From Myxococcota bacterium (GTDB taxonomy: Bacteria > Myxococcota_A > UBA9160 > JAFDDA01), in assembly GCA_965228475.1 (NCBI GenBank), contig OZ245817.1:1280001-1344000 (forward strand): a DNA stretch of 64,000 nt. Reading direction: 5' to 3'. Position numbers and translations under genes: made by a program. Within the stretch, counting starts at the first letter, position 1. Every line of letters begins with the position of its first letter. Below, piece after piece: positions 38,301-47,749 of the stretch. The notes beneath the pieces are model-generated. The model was not told where the DNA came from, did no database searches, and saw only the letters and a list, made by a program, of their open reading frames with translations.

Positions 38301-38764
38301 GCGGCCTCGGCAACCGCTTCGCGCCGGTCGGGCGCGACACCGCCAACGGCCTGTGTCAGGACGCCCTGCCGAACACCCAGTTCAACCCGACGCCGGTCAA
38401 CTTCCAGGGCGACCTCGACCTCAAGTGCAACAACCTGGACGACCGGGACATCGACGATTTCGAGGATCTGGACGAGACCGACGTCATCGGCGGCAACAAG
38501 TTCTTCTCGGCCTCCTTCGAGTACCGCTTCCCGATCTCCGAGCAGCTGGGCCTCCTGGGCATCGTCTTCCTGGACATGGGCGGGGCCTTCTACGAGGGGC
38601 AGAGCGTTTTCGACACCAGCGATTGGCGCTACGGTACGGGCGTCGGGGCCCTGTGGTTCTCCCCGTTCGGCCCCTTGCAGGTGTTCTGGGGCTTCCCGCT
38701 CAACAAGCTCGACGTCGAGGAATCGAACGTGTTCGAGTTCTCGGTGGGCGGAACGAATTTCTGA
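35336..38764 (+). CDS. bamA: Outer membrane protein assembly factor BamA with extended N-terminus
   Basis: Signal peptide, POTRA repeats, ERPTGSLSFGAG, LRGY motif, WFSPFGPL, terminal Phe. Confidence 0.95.
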   Translation: MLRRTAGSVRVGAIAVCLLVLAATAPLAHAQSAPAEAPPAESELPAENPPPAEEAPVATEEVTPSAFPAAGPAPRSGPIKVLVAVTPFRIHSAQPLGHLEQTLADLLSSRLEASGKIDVVDAVIVREALVDYAAGELTEIALRRLARELGADYVVSGSLTELAGNFSLDVRTTPIDSDAASETMVFTASSEEELLDRINELSDRLVSDLVSESRGLVKSVALDGERILEPGSGRERLETKVGEPYDSASVSRDLAYLRGLPGVATATVETDRTPEGVAVSFKVVPETLIFGADRADDDDGERVFEVRIRGNRRIEADAIRARISLRPGDPYNADRIAGDVLEVHALGFFRNVQVYSEESDDGRIVIFEVEENPVVRRVSITGNDSVDGDRIRDALTLTTGSTLDYPLLFENRARVEALYRAQGFYLASVSYRIDNISEGAVSIDFEVDEGRKLRLVKIDFEGNTTLSDERLRKGMKTKPFRWHSHATRFLTNAGTYSEPVFLQDLRGVEDLYANEGFIEVEISPPDIQTTPEGLVVKVVISEGDRYETGGLDVAGDETIDLDTLREKLNLKEGETFDRGGLTRDVDVLTQHYTDRGFYFASVNPRTQVDRDAKRIDVIFQVEKGPLYFVREIEFQGNTNTVDTVLRQEMEVVEGQLYSARAVNISRIKLQRLGFFEEVNLEPVQTTQPEELDLEVRVVERPTGSLSFGAGFSSQDRFVVNGSLSQTNLFGRGWAVSASVDWGGRSNRFFLSFSDQHIGGTDWGVSGSIFRTEVEFEDFEQQTTGLDLTFSHALDEAGNSRGFLRYNFSSRDLTDSSNVNASSPIFRQILAGSQSTSLLGLSYRTDTRDDRVVPSRGYQLALSAEFAGLGGFSRFIRLEGRVAKYWRAPEFIPYFGGRSTFSATIRGGWAIPFNEFDDWDIDSRFIGNSDAFLPGLFEDEVRFLDDIDGDITLPLTERYFLGGLGSFTLRGYRSRSVGPRRAVLSRSGIGGLGNRFAPVGRDTANGLCQDALPNTQFNPTPVNFQGDLDLKCNNLDDRDIDDFEDLDETDVIGGNKFFSASFEYRFPISEQLGLLGIVFLDMGGAFYEGQSVFDTSDWRYGTGVGALWFSPFGPLQVFWGFPLNKLDVEESNVFEFSVGGTNF

Positions 38765-38838
38765 CGGGCGCGTCCGATCCAACTCGGCGCCCGGGTCCAC
38801 GAGACCTTCATGACCGGCATCCCCGGAGAGAGGAAGAC

Positions 38839-39366
38839 ATGATCAAGACGAGCGGCGCCTGGCTGATCGGCCTGCTGGCCCTGGCCATCGTGGGCGGTGC
38901 CCCGGCCCCGGCCCTGGCAGAGGACAAGATCGGCGTCGTCGACATCGACGAAGCCCTGAACTCCACCGAAGAGGGCAAGGCGGCCCGGGAAGAGCTGTCG
39001 CGCAAGCAGCGCGAAGCCCAGGGGAAGCTCGAGCCCATGATCGAGCGCTTCAAGGAGATGCAGGAGGAGCTCAAGAGCAAGCGCTTCGTGCTCTCCGAAG
39101 AGGCCCTCTACCAGAAGCAGCTCGACCTCGTGGAGCTGAAGACCGAGATCGACAACCGGGCCAAGGAGCTCGAGGACAAGTTCAAGGTCGACAAGGAGCG
39201 CCTCGAGGGTCCGCTGCGGAAGAAGCTCGTGCAGATCGTCGAGGAGATCGGGAAGGAGAAGGGCTTCGGTCTGATCCTCGCCCGCGGCGCCGGCGGCATG
39301 CTCTACAACAAGGAAGCGCTCGACATCACCGACATGGTGATCGAGCGGTTCAACAAGAAGGGCTAG
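38839..39366 (+). CDS. skp: OmpH/Skp chaperone
   Basis: Signal peptide, KIGVVD, coiled coil, LDITDMVIERFN. Confidence 0.9.
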   Translation: MIKTSGAWLIGLLALAIVGGAPAPALAEDKIGVVDIDEALNSTEEGKAAREELSRKQREAQGKLEPMIERFKEMQEELKSKRFVLSEEALYQKQLDLVELKTEIDNRAKELEDKFKVDKERLEGPLRKKLVQIVEEIGKEKGFGLILARGAGGMLYNKEALDITDMVIERFNKKG

Positions 39367-39371
39367 CTCCC

Positions 39372-40148
39372 TTGGCCGAGGTTCACGCGAGCGCGGTGGT
39401 CGACCCGCGCGCGGAGCTGGCCGACGACGTCGTCGTCGGCCCCTTCGCGGTGGTGGGCCCGAACGTCACGCTGGCCGAGGGCGTCGAGATCCTTCCCGGT
39501 GGCCACGTCACCGGGAACACGAAGATCGGTGCGCGCACCCGGATCTTCTCCTACGCCGTCGTGGGCGAAGAGCCCATGGACAAGAAGTTCGGCGGCGAGA
39601 CCTCCTACCTCGAGGTCGGCTGCGACAACATCATCCGCGAGCACGCCACCGTCCACCTCGGCACCGAGAAGGGCGGGGGGATCACCCGGATCGGGGATGG
39701 CAACCTGATCATGAACGGGGCCCACGTCGCCCACGACGTCCAGGTCGGGAACCACGTGATCCTCGCCAGTTTCGTCGGGTGTGCGGGTCACGTGGAGGTC
39801 GGCGACTACGCCGTGCTGGGCGCCTACACGGGCGTTCACCAGTTCGGCCGGGTCGGCGAGTCCGTGATGACCGCGGCGAACACCATGCTCGCCCAGGATG
39901 CGCCGCCTTTCGCGCTGATGGCCGGTGACCGCGCCCACGTGGCCGGCATCAACGTGGTGGGGCTGAAGCGGCGCGGGTTCCCGCCGGAGACGCGCCGGGC
40001 GATCAAGCACGCCTACCACGTCGTGTTCTCGTCGAAGTTGCCCCTGGCCGAGGCCATCGCCCGGGTGCGCTCCGAAGGAGAGCCCTCGGACGAGGTGGCG
40101 CGCCTGCTGCGTTTCCTGGAGACTTCCGAGCGCGGCATCGCACGCTAG
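39372..40148 (+). CDS. lpxA: Acyl-ACP--UDP-N-acetylglucosamine acyltransferase
   Basis: Hexapeptide repeats, NIIREHATVH, AHVAHD, VHQF, INVVGLKRRGF. Confidence 0.95.
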   Translation: MAEVHASAVVDPRAELADDVVVGPFAVVGPNVTLAEGVEILPGGHVTGNTKIGARTRIFSYAVVGEEPMDKKFGGETSYLEVGCDNIIREHATVHLGTEKGGGITRIGDGNLIMNGAHVAHDVQVGNHVILASFVGCAGHVEVGDYAVLGAYTGVHQFGRVGESVMTAANTMLAQDAPPFALMAGDRAHVAGINVVGLKRRGFPPETRRAIKHAYHVVFSSKLPLAEAIARVRSEGEPSDEVARLLRFLETSERGIAR

Positions 40149-40221
40149 GCCGTCTTGCCGAGGCCGACTTTCGGGCCGGTCCCCGAAGCCGGGCGCGCAG
40201 CGTCGCAACCCGAGGAGTCCG

Positions 40222-41079
40222 ATGGAGACGCTGGGTCTCATCGCAGGCAGGGGGCTGTACCCCCGAGAGCTCGCGCGGCTGGCCCACGCGCGGGGCTGGC
40301 GCGTATGCGCCGTCGGCTTCCACGGAGAGACCGATCCAGCGCTCGCCGATGCGGTCGACTCCTTCGAGGTCGTCCACCTGGGCGAACTCCAGAAGCTGAT
40401 CGACACCCTGCTGCGCGGCGGTGCGACCCGCGCCGTCATGGCCGGCAAGATCCTGAAGACCCACATGTACGGGGACCTCGCGTCCTTCCACCTCGACGCC
40501 CGGGCCATCGGCATGCTCGGCAAGCTCGCCGATCGGCGCGACGACTCGATGCTGGGAGCGGTCCTCGAGGAGGTTGCCTCCGAGGGGATCGAGTTCCCCG
40601 CCCAGACGGAGATCCTGCCCGAGCTGTTCGCGCCCGAGGGCGTGCTCGGCTCGCGAGCGCCGGAGGAATCCGGCTGGGCGGACGTGCGGTTCGCCTGGCC
40701 GATCGCCAAGGCCATGGGCGGGCTCGACATCGGCCAGAGCCTCGTGGTGAAGGAGCGCGCCGTCGTGGCGGTCGAGGCCATCGAGGGGACCGATGCGGCG
40801 ATTGCCCGCGGCGCGGAGCTCGCGGGGCCGGGTTGCTGCGTGGTGAAGGTGGCCAAGCCGAATCAGGACCCGCGCTTCGATCTCCCGACGATCGGCGTCG
40901 AGACCGTGAAGACCCTCGCCGAGGCCCGGGCCTCCGTGTTCGCCTTCGAGGCCGGGCAGACCGTGCTGCTCGAGCCCGAGGAGGTCGCCGCCTCGGCGGA
41001 TGCGGCGGGAATCGCGCTCGTCTGTGTCGCCTCCGAGGGCCCACCGGGTTTCGAAGGGCCGCCGGAGGTCGCGCCGTGA
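40222..41079 (+). CDS. lpxI: UDP-2,3-diacylglucosamine diphosphatase LpxI
   Basis: LGLIAGRG, DIGQS, AVEAIEGTD, KPNQDPRFDLPTIG. Confidence 0.92.
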   Translation: METLGLIAGRGLYPRELARLAHARGWRVCAVGFHGETDPALADAVDSFEVVHLGELQKLIDTLLRGGATRAVMAGKILKTHMYGDLASFHLDARAIGMLGKLADRRDDSMLGAVLEEVASEGIEFPAQTEILPELFAPEGVLGSRAPEESGWADVRFAWPIAKAMGGLDIGQSLVVKERAVVAVEAIEGTDAAIARGAELAGPGCCVVKVAKPNQDPRFDLPTIGVETVKTLAEARASVFAFEAGQTVLLEPEEVAASADAAGIALVCVASEGPPGFEGPPEVAP

Positions 41080-42080
41080 CGGCCCTGGCACCGCTGCGCC
41101 AGCGCGGCGGCCCCACCCGGGTCGCGGTGATCGGGGCCGGGCACATGGGCGCGCTCCACGTGAGCAAGCTCCACGCCCTCGCCGCCGAGGGCGAAGTGAC
41201 CCTCGCCGGCGTCGCGGACATCGACCCCTCCCGGGCCCAGGCCGTCGCCAGCGCGTACGGCATCCATCACACCCAGGACTTCCGGGAGCTCCTGCGCCGG
41301 GCGGACACGGCGATCGTGGCGGTGCCGGCCGTCGACCACTACGAGGTCGTGAACGAGGCGCTGAAGGCCGGGCTCGACGTCCTCGTCGAGAAGCCGATCG
41401 CGGCGAGTCTCCCCGAGGCCGAGGCGCTGCTCGCGACGGCGCGCAGCGAGAAGCGGTTGCTCCAGGTCGGTCACCTCGAGCGTTTCAACGCCGCCTTCCA
41501 GACGGTCGCGGACTCGATCGAACGCCCGCGCTTCATCGAGGTCCACCGGCTCGGACCCTTCCCCGCGCGCGCCACGGACGTCGACGTCGTCTGCGACCTC
41601 ATGATCCACGACCTCGACATCATCCTGCGGCTGGTCGGCGAAGAGCCGGAGCGGGTCGAGGGCGCGGGCGTCGCCATCCTCTCCTCGGAGCTCGACATCG
41701 CCAACGCGCGCCTGACCTTCCCGAGCGGCTGCGTCGCCAACGTCACGGCGAGCCGGGTCTCCCCGACGCCGATGCGCAAGGTCCGGATCTTCCAGCCCGA
41801 CGGCTACTTCTCCCTCGACTTCCTCGAGAACCGCGCAGCGATCTTCCGTCACGCGGGAGAGGACGATCCCGAGCCGATCCGCATGGAGCCCCTCGACCTC
41901 GGCGAAGGCGACGCGCTCGACCTCCAGCTGCGGGCCTTCCTCGCGGCGGTCCGCACGCGGGAGGAGGCCTCGGTGACGCCCGAGGAGGCGATGCGCGCGC
42001 TGCGCACCGCGCTGCGAATCACCGACGCGATCGAGCCGGCCGACCCCTCCGGCGCCGCCGGCCCGACCCCCCGGACGTGA
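41076..42080 (+). CDS. Gfo/Idh/MocA oxidoreductase, GnnA-like
   Basis: IGAGHMG, LVEKPIA, VGHLERFN, DLMIHDLD; between lpxI and lpxB. Confidence 0.85.
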   Translation: MTALAPLRQRGGPTRVAVIGAGHMGALHVSKLHALAAEGEVTLAGVADIDPSRAQAVASAYGIHHTQDFRELLRRADTAIVAVPAVDHYEVVNEALKAGLDVLVEKPIAASLPEAEALLATARSEKRLLQVGHLERFNAAFQTVADSIERPRFIEVHRLGPFPARATDVDVVCDLMIHDLDIILRLVGEEPERVEGAGVAILSSELDIANARLTFPSGCVANVTASRVSPTPMRKVRIFQPDGYFSLDFLENRAAIFRHAGEDDPEPIRMEPLDLGEGDALDLQLRAFLAAVRTREEASVTPEEAMRALRTALRITDAIEPADPSGAAGPTPRT

Positions 42081-43348
42081 GCCGGGCCTCGAGCAGCGTC
42101 AGCCCCGCGGACGGCAGCCTCCTGCCCCGGCCGATGGACCCGCCGACCGTCTTCGTTTGCGCCGGCGATGCCTCGGGGGACATCCACGCGGCGGGCTTCG
42201 TGCGGGCCTTCCGCGAGCGCGAACCCGGGGCCCGCTTCATCGGTCTGGGCGGCGTCGAGATGGAAAAGGCGGGGGTGGAGCTCCTCGTCCACCAGCGCGA
42301 GATTGCCGTGGCCGGGTTCTTCGCGGTGCTGGGTGCGCTCAGCAAGATCTTCGCGGCGTGGCGGAGGCTCGGCCAGCACCTCCGCCTCCTGCGGCCGGAT
42401 CTCGTCGTGCTGATCGACTCGCCGGACTTCAACCTGCCCCTGGCCCGCCGCGCGAAGAAGGCCGGGATCCCGGTGCTCTACTACATCGGACCGCAGGTCT
42501 GGGCCTGGCGCCGCGGGCGCGTGCGCAAGATCGCCCGACGGGTCGACCGCCTGGCCGTGATCTTCCCCTTCGAGGTGGAGTTCTACCGCTCGACCGGTCT
42601 GCAGGTCGACTTCGTGGGCCATCCCCTCGTCGAACGGATGGCCGAAGCGCGCGAACGCCACGGGCGCGAAGCGGACCGGAACACGCTCGGCCTGCCCCTC
42701 GATCGGCCGGTGATCACGCTCCTGCCCGGCAGCCGGCGCAACGAGATCGAGAACATGCTGCCGCTGTTCCTCGAGACCGCGCGCGCCGTCCATGCGCGCG
42801 ACCCGCGCGTGGTGTTCGTGCTGCCGGTCGCGCCGACCCTCGACCCTGCGGAGATCGCGGCCCGCGTGGCGGCGGCGGGTCTGCCGTCCTTGCTCCGCCT
42901 CGAGGTCGTCGAGGGCCAGGCCTACGAAGCCATCTCCGCCGGCGACGTCGCCCTCGCGATGCCCGGCACGGTGAACCTCGAAGTCGCACTGCTGCGCCGC
43001 CCCCAGGTGGCCGCGGTCCGCGTCGGCGCCGTGACCTGGGCCATCGCCAACCGGCTCGTGCGCCTCGACTCGGTCACCCTGCCGAACCTGATCGCCGGCG
43101 AGCCCGTGATCCCCGAGTACCTCCAGGCCGACGCCGAGCCCGAGGCCCTGGCCGATGCGCTGCTCGGGCTGCTCTCGGGCCCCGAGCGCGAGCGTCAGCT
43201 CGACGCGCTCGACCGGCTTCGGGAGTCCCTCGGCCCCGGGGGCGCGGCCGCCCATACCGCCGCCATCGCGCGGGAGATGACGGGCCGTACGGGCCCGGAA
43301 GAGGCGCCCGCGCACGACGCAAAGGACGGCGGTTCCGCTGAGTCCTAG
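42077..43348 (+). CDS. lpxB: Lipid-A-disaccharide synthase (alternative ATG 42134)
   Basis: AGDASGD, IDSPDFN, PQVWAWR, IFPFE, FVGHPL, LLPGSR. Confidence 0.95.
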   Translation: MSRASSSVSPADGSLLPRPMDPPTVFVCAGDASGDIHAAGFVRAFREREPGARFIGLGGVEMEKAGVELLVHQREIAVAGFFAVLGALSKIFAAWRRLGQHLRLLRPDLVVLIDSPDFNLPLARRAKKAGIPVLYYIGPQVWAWRRGRVRKIARRVDRLAVIFPFEVEFYRSTGLQVDFVGHPLVERMAEARERHGREADRNTLGLPLDRPVITLLPGSRRNEIENMLPLFLETARAVHARDPRVVFVLPVAPTLDPAEIAARVAAAGLPSLLRLEVVEGQAYEAISAGDVALAMPGTVNLEVALLRRPQVAAVRVGAVTWAIANRLVRLDSVTLPNLIAGEPVIPEYLQADAEPEALADALLGLLSGPERERQLDALDRLRESLGPGGAAAHTAAIAREMTGRTGPEEAPAHDAKDGGSAES

Positions 43349-43406
43349 TGACGTTCGTCCGCCGCCCGCGAGCCCGGGCCGTCGCGCGGGCGCGGCGCTC
43401 GGCGCG

Positions 43407-44624
43407 GTGCTCGCCGCACCGGCCGTGGGTCTCGGCTGGCTGTTGCGGCCGAAGTGGCGGCCGGGTCTGGCCGAGCGGCTCGGGAGGATCCCTTCGGAAG
43501 CCGGTGCGGCGGCGCCGATCTGGATCCACGCGGCGAGCGTCGGCGAGGCGGCGGCGGCGCTTCGCCTCGTGGATGCGCTTGCCGAGCGCGGTCACACGCC
43601 GCGCGTCAGCACGACGACGATCACCGGGCAGGCGTTCCTCGCGAGCGCCCGCCCGAAGCTCACCGCGCACCTCGCACCCCTCGATCATCCCTGGGCCGTG
43701 GCCGCCGCCTTCGAGCGCGCCCGGCCGAAGCTGCTGACGCTGGTGGAGACGGAGCTCTGGCCGAGCCTCGTCGCCGGGGCCGCGGCGCGCGGGATCCCCG
43801 TCGTCATGGTCTCCGCGCGGCTCTCGGACCGGGCCTTTCCCCGCTACCAACGCCTCGCGCGCTGGTTCGCGCCGACCCTCGCGCGGCTCTCGGCCGTGGC
43901 CGCGCGGAGCGACGTCGACGCGGAGCGCTTCGCCGCGCTCGGCGTTCCCGAAGCGCGCATCTCGGTGACGGGCGACCTGAAGCTCGAGCCGATGGCGCCC
44001 CCGCCGCTCGCCGAGGCGCTCCGCGCGCGGCTCGGAGGCGAAGCCCTCCTCGTCGCGGGAAGCGTCCATCCCGGCGAGGTCCCCCCCGTTCTCGAAGCCT
44101 TCCGCCGAGTGCAGGACGCCGTGCCGGGGAGCGCCCTCGTGCTCGCCCCGCGGCATCCCGAGCGCTTCGACGAGGCAGCGCGCAGCATCGCCGAAGCCGG
44201 ATTCCCGCTCGAGCGGCGCAGCGAGCATGGCCCGCCGCTCGGGCCCGGCGGCGTGCTGCTGCTCGACAGCGTCGGCGAGCTCGGCGCCGTCTACGCGGCG
44301 GCGCGGTCCGCCTTCGTCGGGGGGTCGCTCCTGCCCGGAGTCGGCGGGCACAACGTGCTCGAGCCGGTCTTCGCCGAACGTCCGGTTTGCTTCGGCCCGC
44401 ATACCGAGAACGCCCGCGAGCCGGTCCGCATCGTGCTCGAGTCGGGCGCGGGGACGAAGGTCGACGACGCGGCGAGTCTCGCCTCCGCCTTCGTTCGGGA
44501 CCTGGCCGACCCCGCAGCGGCCCACCGGCGAGGGAGCGAAGGCCGCGCGGCGCTCGCGCCCCACGAAGGGGCGGCGCGCCGCGCCGCGGCTTGCATCGAA
44601 GCCGTCCTCGAGGCCGCTTCATGA
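43407..44624 (+). CDS. waaA: Kdo transferase (true start may lie upstream)
   Basis: WIHAASVGE, ETELWP, TGDLK, APRHPERF, FVGGSL, GGHNVLEP. Confidence 0.94.
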   Translation: MLAAPAVGLGWLLRPKWRPGLAERLGRIPSEAGAAAPIWIHAASVGEAAAALRLVDALAERGHTPRVSTTTITGQAFLASARPKLTAHLAPLDHPWAVAAAFERARPKLLTLVETELWPSLVAGAAARGIPVVMVSARLSDRAFPRYQRLARWFAPTLARLSAVAARSDVDAERFAALGVPEARISVTGDLKLEPMAPPPLAEALRARLGGEALLVAGSVHPGEVPPVLEAFRRVQDAVPGSALVLAPRHPERFDEAARSIAEAGFPLERRSEHGPPLGPGGVLLLDSVGELGAVYAAARSAFVGGSLLPGVGGHNVLEPVFAERPVCFGPHTENAREPVRIVLESGAGTKVDDAASLASAFVRDLADPAAAHRRGSEGRAALAPHEGAARRAAACIEAVLEAAS

Positions 44625-45682
44625 GACTGCGCGCGGGCTGGCTCACGGAAGAGGCGAAGACCCCCGGCGGGAAGCTGCTTCGCGCCGCGCTCGTTCCCTT
44701 CTCGATTCTCTACGGGGCGGCGGCGCGGGCGCACGGGGCGGCCTATCGCGCCGGCTGGCTTCGCCGCGCGCGGCCGAGCTGCCGCGTGGTGAGCGTCGGG
44801 AGCCCGGTCGCGGGCGGGACCGCGAAGACGCCGACGGCCGCCTGGCTCGCGTCCCGCCTGCACGAGCGCGGGCACAAGGCGGTGCTGGCGACGCGCGGCT
44901 ACGGACGGACCGGGAACGAGCCGGTCGTCGTTCTGTCCGACGGCAAGCGCGTGCGCGGGCGCCTGCGGGAGGCCGGCGACGAACCCGCACTGCTGGTCGG
45001 TCTCGCGCCGGGGGTTCCCGTGTTGGTGGGGCCGGACCGCTCCGTCGTCAGCCTGCGCGCGGTCTCGGCCTTCGGTGCGGACGTCGTCGTCCTCGACGAC
45101 GGGATGCAGCACCACCGGCTCGCGCGGGACGTCGAGATCGTGACCCTCGACGGGCGCACCGGCCTCGGCAACGGCTGGACGCTCCCGCGAGGCCCGCTGC
45201 GCGAGCCGCTCGTCGCGCTGCGGCGCGCCGACGCGATCGTCGTCGTGGACGGCCCGCTCTCGGATGCCGACGAAGCCCGGCTCCAGCGCCACGCGCCCGG
45301 CGCCCGCCGGGCCGAAGCGCGCCGCGCGCCGACCTTTCTCCGGAACCACCGGGATGGCCGCCGCGCCGGGCTCGATACGCTGGAGGGCCGCCGCATCGGC
45401 ATGCTGTGTGGCATCGCGCGGCCCGAGAGTTTCCGCGCCACGCTCGAAGGTCTCGGGGCCGAGGTCGTCGCCGAACGGGTCTTCCCGGACCACCATGCCT
45501 ACGGCGCCGCCGACGTCACCGCGCTCGAAGGGGCCGAGACCTGGGTCACGACCGAGAAGGACGCGGTGAAGATCCTCCCAGGCTGGCTCGACCCGGGTTG
45601 CGACCTCCGCGTGCTCGGGATCCGCATCGCCGTGGAAGAGGCCGACGCCTTCGTGGACTGGCTCCACGGCCGCGTCCGCTAG
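44621..45682 (+). CDS. lpxK: Tetraacyldisaccharide 4'-kinase
   Basis: VVSVG..VAGGTAKTP, RGYG, GDEP, LDDGMQH, GPLREP, FPDHH, TEKDAVK. Confidence 0.94.
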   Translation: MRLRAGWLTEEAKTPGGKLLRAALVPFSILYGAAARAHGAAYRAGWLRRARPSCRVVSVGSPVAGGTAKTPTAAWLASRLHERGHKAVLATRGYGRTGNEPVVVLSDGKRVRGRLREAGDEPALLVGLAPGVPVLVGPDRSVVSLRAVSAFGADVVVLDDGMQHHRLARDVEIVTLDGRTGLGNGWTLPRGPLREPLVALRRADAIVVVDGPLSDADEARLQRHAPGARRAEARRAPTFLRNHRDGRRAGLDTLEGRRIGMLCGIARPESFRATLEGLGAEVVAERVFPDHHAYGAADVTALEGAETWVTTEKDAVKILPGWLDPGCDLRVLGIRIAVEEADAFVDWLHGRVR

Positions 45683-45695
45683 CGCCTCCGAAGCC

Positions 45696-46541
45696 TCACG
45701 GCGTGCGATAGCGCAGGGCGTGGATGGCCACGCGCCGGCGCTCGCGGGGCCAGTGGCGGCCGAGGTCCACGCCGAGGCCGGTGTCGCCGGCGACGTAGGC
45801 CGCGAGGAAGGCGCGATGGGCTTCGTGATCGATCCGGTCCGCGAGCCCGCGCTTCAGGACGGAACGGTGCAGCCGCGCGAGTTCCTTCATGCGCCGCGCG
45901 GCATCCGGCGCCTCCCCCGAGCGTGCGCCGTCGAGGTCGACGATCACGGCGTCGCACGCGTCGCCCCGTTCGCGCACGAGCAGGTTCTTGACGTGGAGGT
46001 CCGCGTGGCGCCCGCCCGCGTCGTGGAAGCGCCGGATCGCGCGGGCGCAGGCCTCGACGGCGCGCAGGACCCGCGGGCGGTCCGGCTCGGATGCCATCCA
46101 CACCAGGACGTCGGGCGCACCTTCCTCGAGGACGGTCCCGACGACGGCGTTCCAGAAGGGGCCGCGTCGCCGGGCGGCGGCGAGGACGGGACGCACGACG
46201 GGCGCGCCCGCGCCGAACAGCTCGGCCGTCACGCGCAGCTCTTCGAAGGCGCGCGCGGGGGAGGTCAGGCGGTCGCCGAGGGTGCCGCCGAGGAGTCCGC
46301 CGCGGAGGACGCGTCGCACGATGCAGGTGCCGCCCGAGACGGGCAGGGCGCAGGCGAGCGTGGCGCCGCGGCCCGCGGCGAGGGGCTCGCCGGCGAGCAG
46401 CGCCTCGAAGCCCGCCGGGCCGTTCCATCCGGCCGCCGCCACGTCCTCCCCGAACGCTTCGTTCCAGGCGACCTCGCCGAAGTCCGTGGTCTCCCGCGCC
46501 AGCCCCACCTTTCCCGGCGCGCGGTCCGAGGACTCGCTCAT
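45696..46541 (-). CDS. Lipopolysaccharide kinase, Kdo/WaaP/InaA family (KdkA-like)
   Basis: GRG loop, RGGLLG, HADLHVKNLL, IVDLD, LARLHRS; ATGA overlap with lptF. Confidence 0.8.
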   Translation of the reverse strand: MSESSDRAPGKVGLARETTDFGEVAWNEAFGEDVAAAGWNGPAGFEALLAGEPLAAGRGATLACALPVSGGTCIVRRVLRGGLLGGTLGDRLTSPARAFEELRVTAELFGAGAPVVRPVLAAARRRGPFWNAVVGTVLEEGAPDVLVWMASEPDRPRVLRAVEACARAIRRFHDAGGRHADLHVKNLLVRERGDACDAVIVDLDGARSGEAPDAARRMKELARLHRSVLKRGLADRIDHEAHRAFLAAYVAGDTGLGVDLGRHWPRERRRVAIHALRYRTP

Positions 46542-47668
46542 CCGAAGGGTGCGTTGCGGGCGCGCCAATAGAGCCCGGCCGCGAGGACCGCGAAGACGAG
46601 GTTCGGTGTCCAGAGCGCCAGGGCGGGCGGCAGCGTGTTGCTCTCGGTCAGGTACTCGCCGAAGGAGAGCAGCATGTAGTAGAGGAAGATCACCGAGACG
46701 CACAGGAAGGCGCCGGAAGAGCGGCCGCCACGCGCGCGCCGCACGGCGAGCGGTGTCCCGATCAGGGCGAAGAGCAGCGGCGTGAAGGCGAGGGCGAAGC
46801 GCCGGTGGTATTGGCCGAGGTAGACGTTGACGTTCGAGTAGCGGAGGTCCGTCAGCGGGTCGCCGCTGCGTCCCCGGGCGATCACCTCGGAGAGCTCGCT
46901 CATGCGCATGTCGCGGGGTTTCAGTTTGCCGACGTCTTCGGTCAGGAGGGCGGCGGCCTCGATCGGGTAGTCGAAGCGCTCGAAGCCGATCCGGCGGTAG
47001 GCCGCGTCGTTCAGATGGTGCGGCTCGAAGTGGATGTCGCCGTCGTTGAGTTCGAGGTGGACCTCGCCGTCGTCCTCGTCCAGGTAGAAGCGCCCGCGGC
47101 TCGCGACCACCATGAAGGGCCGCTCCGCGTTCGAGTGGTCCGAGATCACGACGCCCGTGAGACTCTTCTCCTCGCCCACCTGCTCGACGAAGACCACGCG
47201 GTCGCCGACGGAGATGAATCGGCCGGGGGCGAGGAAGGCGCCGCGCGAGAGCACCGTCCGCCAGAGGGCCCGGAGCTCGCGCCGGGCTTCGGGCTCGACG
47301 GTGGTGAGCAGGACGCCCGAGAGCAGGGAGACCGGGATGGCGGCGATGGCGATCGGCGCCACCAGCTCCCGCATGCCCATGCCGCAGGAGCGCATCGCGA
47401 CGACCTCGGAATCCGCCGAGAGCCGGCCCACCGCGACCAGGACGCCGAACAGGAACCCCACCGGCAGCAGGTAGCCCGTCACGAGGGCCAGCACCGAGCC
47501 GAGCACGACCATGAAGTCGGCCCAGGCGAAGCCGGTGCCGAGGAAGGTGTCGAGCCGGCGAAACATGTTCTGAGCGACGAAGATCGAACCCAGGGCGAGG
47601 AACCCCAGCGTCGCGTACTGGAAGACTTCGCGGACGAGGTAGGCGGAGAGGATGCGCGGCATCCGCAT
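46538..47668 (-). CDS. lptF: LPS export ABC permease LptF/LptG family
   Basis: RILSAYLVRE, GRLSADSEVVAMRSCG, HRRFAL, WTPNL. Confidence 0.85.
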   Translation of the reverse strand: MRMPRILSAYLVREVFQYATLGFLALGSIFVAQNMFRRLDTFLGTGFAWADFMVVLGSVLALVTGYLLPVGFLFGVLVAVGRLSADSEVVAMRSCGMGMRELVAPIAIAAIPVSLLSGVLLTTVEPEARRELRALWRTVLSRGAFLAPGRFISVGDRVVFVEQVGEEKSLTGVVISDHSNAERPFMVVASRGRFYLDEDDGEVHLELNDGDIHFEPHHLNDAAYRRIGFERFDYPIEAAALLTEDVGKLKPRDMRMSELSEVIARGRSGDPLTDLRYSNVNVYLGQYHRRFALAFTPLLFALIGTPLAVRRARGGRSSGAFLCVSVIFLYYMLLSFGEYLTESNTLPPALALWTPNLVFAVLAAGLYWRARNAPFG

Positions 47669-47749
47669 GGCCCGGTATCCTACCGGCGCGGTCTTTCCTG
47701 CGCGAGGCTCACCATCGACGTTTGCCGTGAATCGCTTCCCGCCCCCCCG

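Noticed and set aside
38810..38842. uORF MTGIPGERKT overlapping the skp start
   Set aside because: It is not connected to the bamA stop and has no clear RBS, so chance cannot be excluded.
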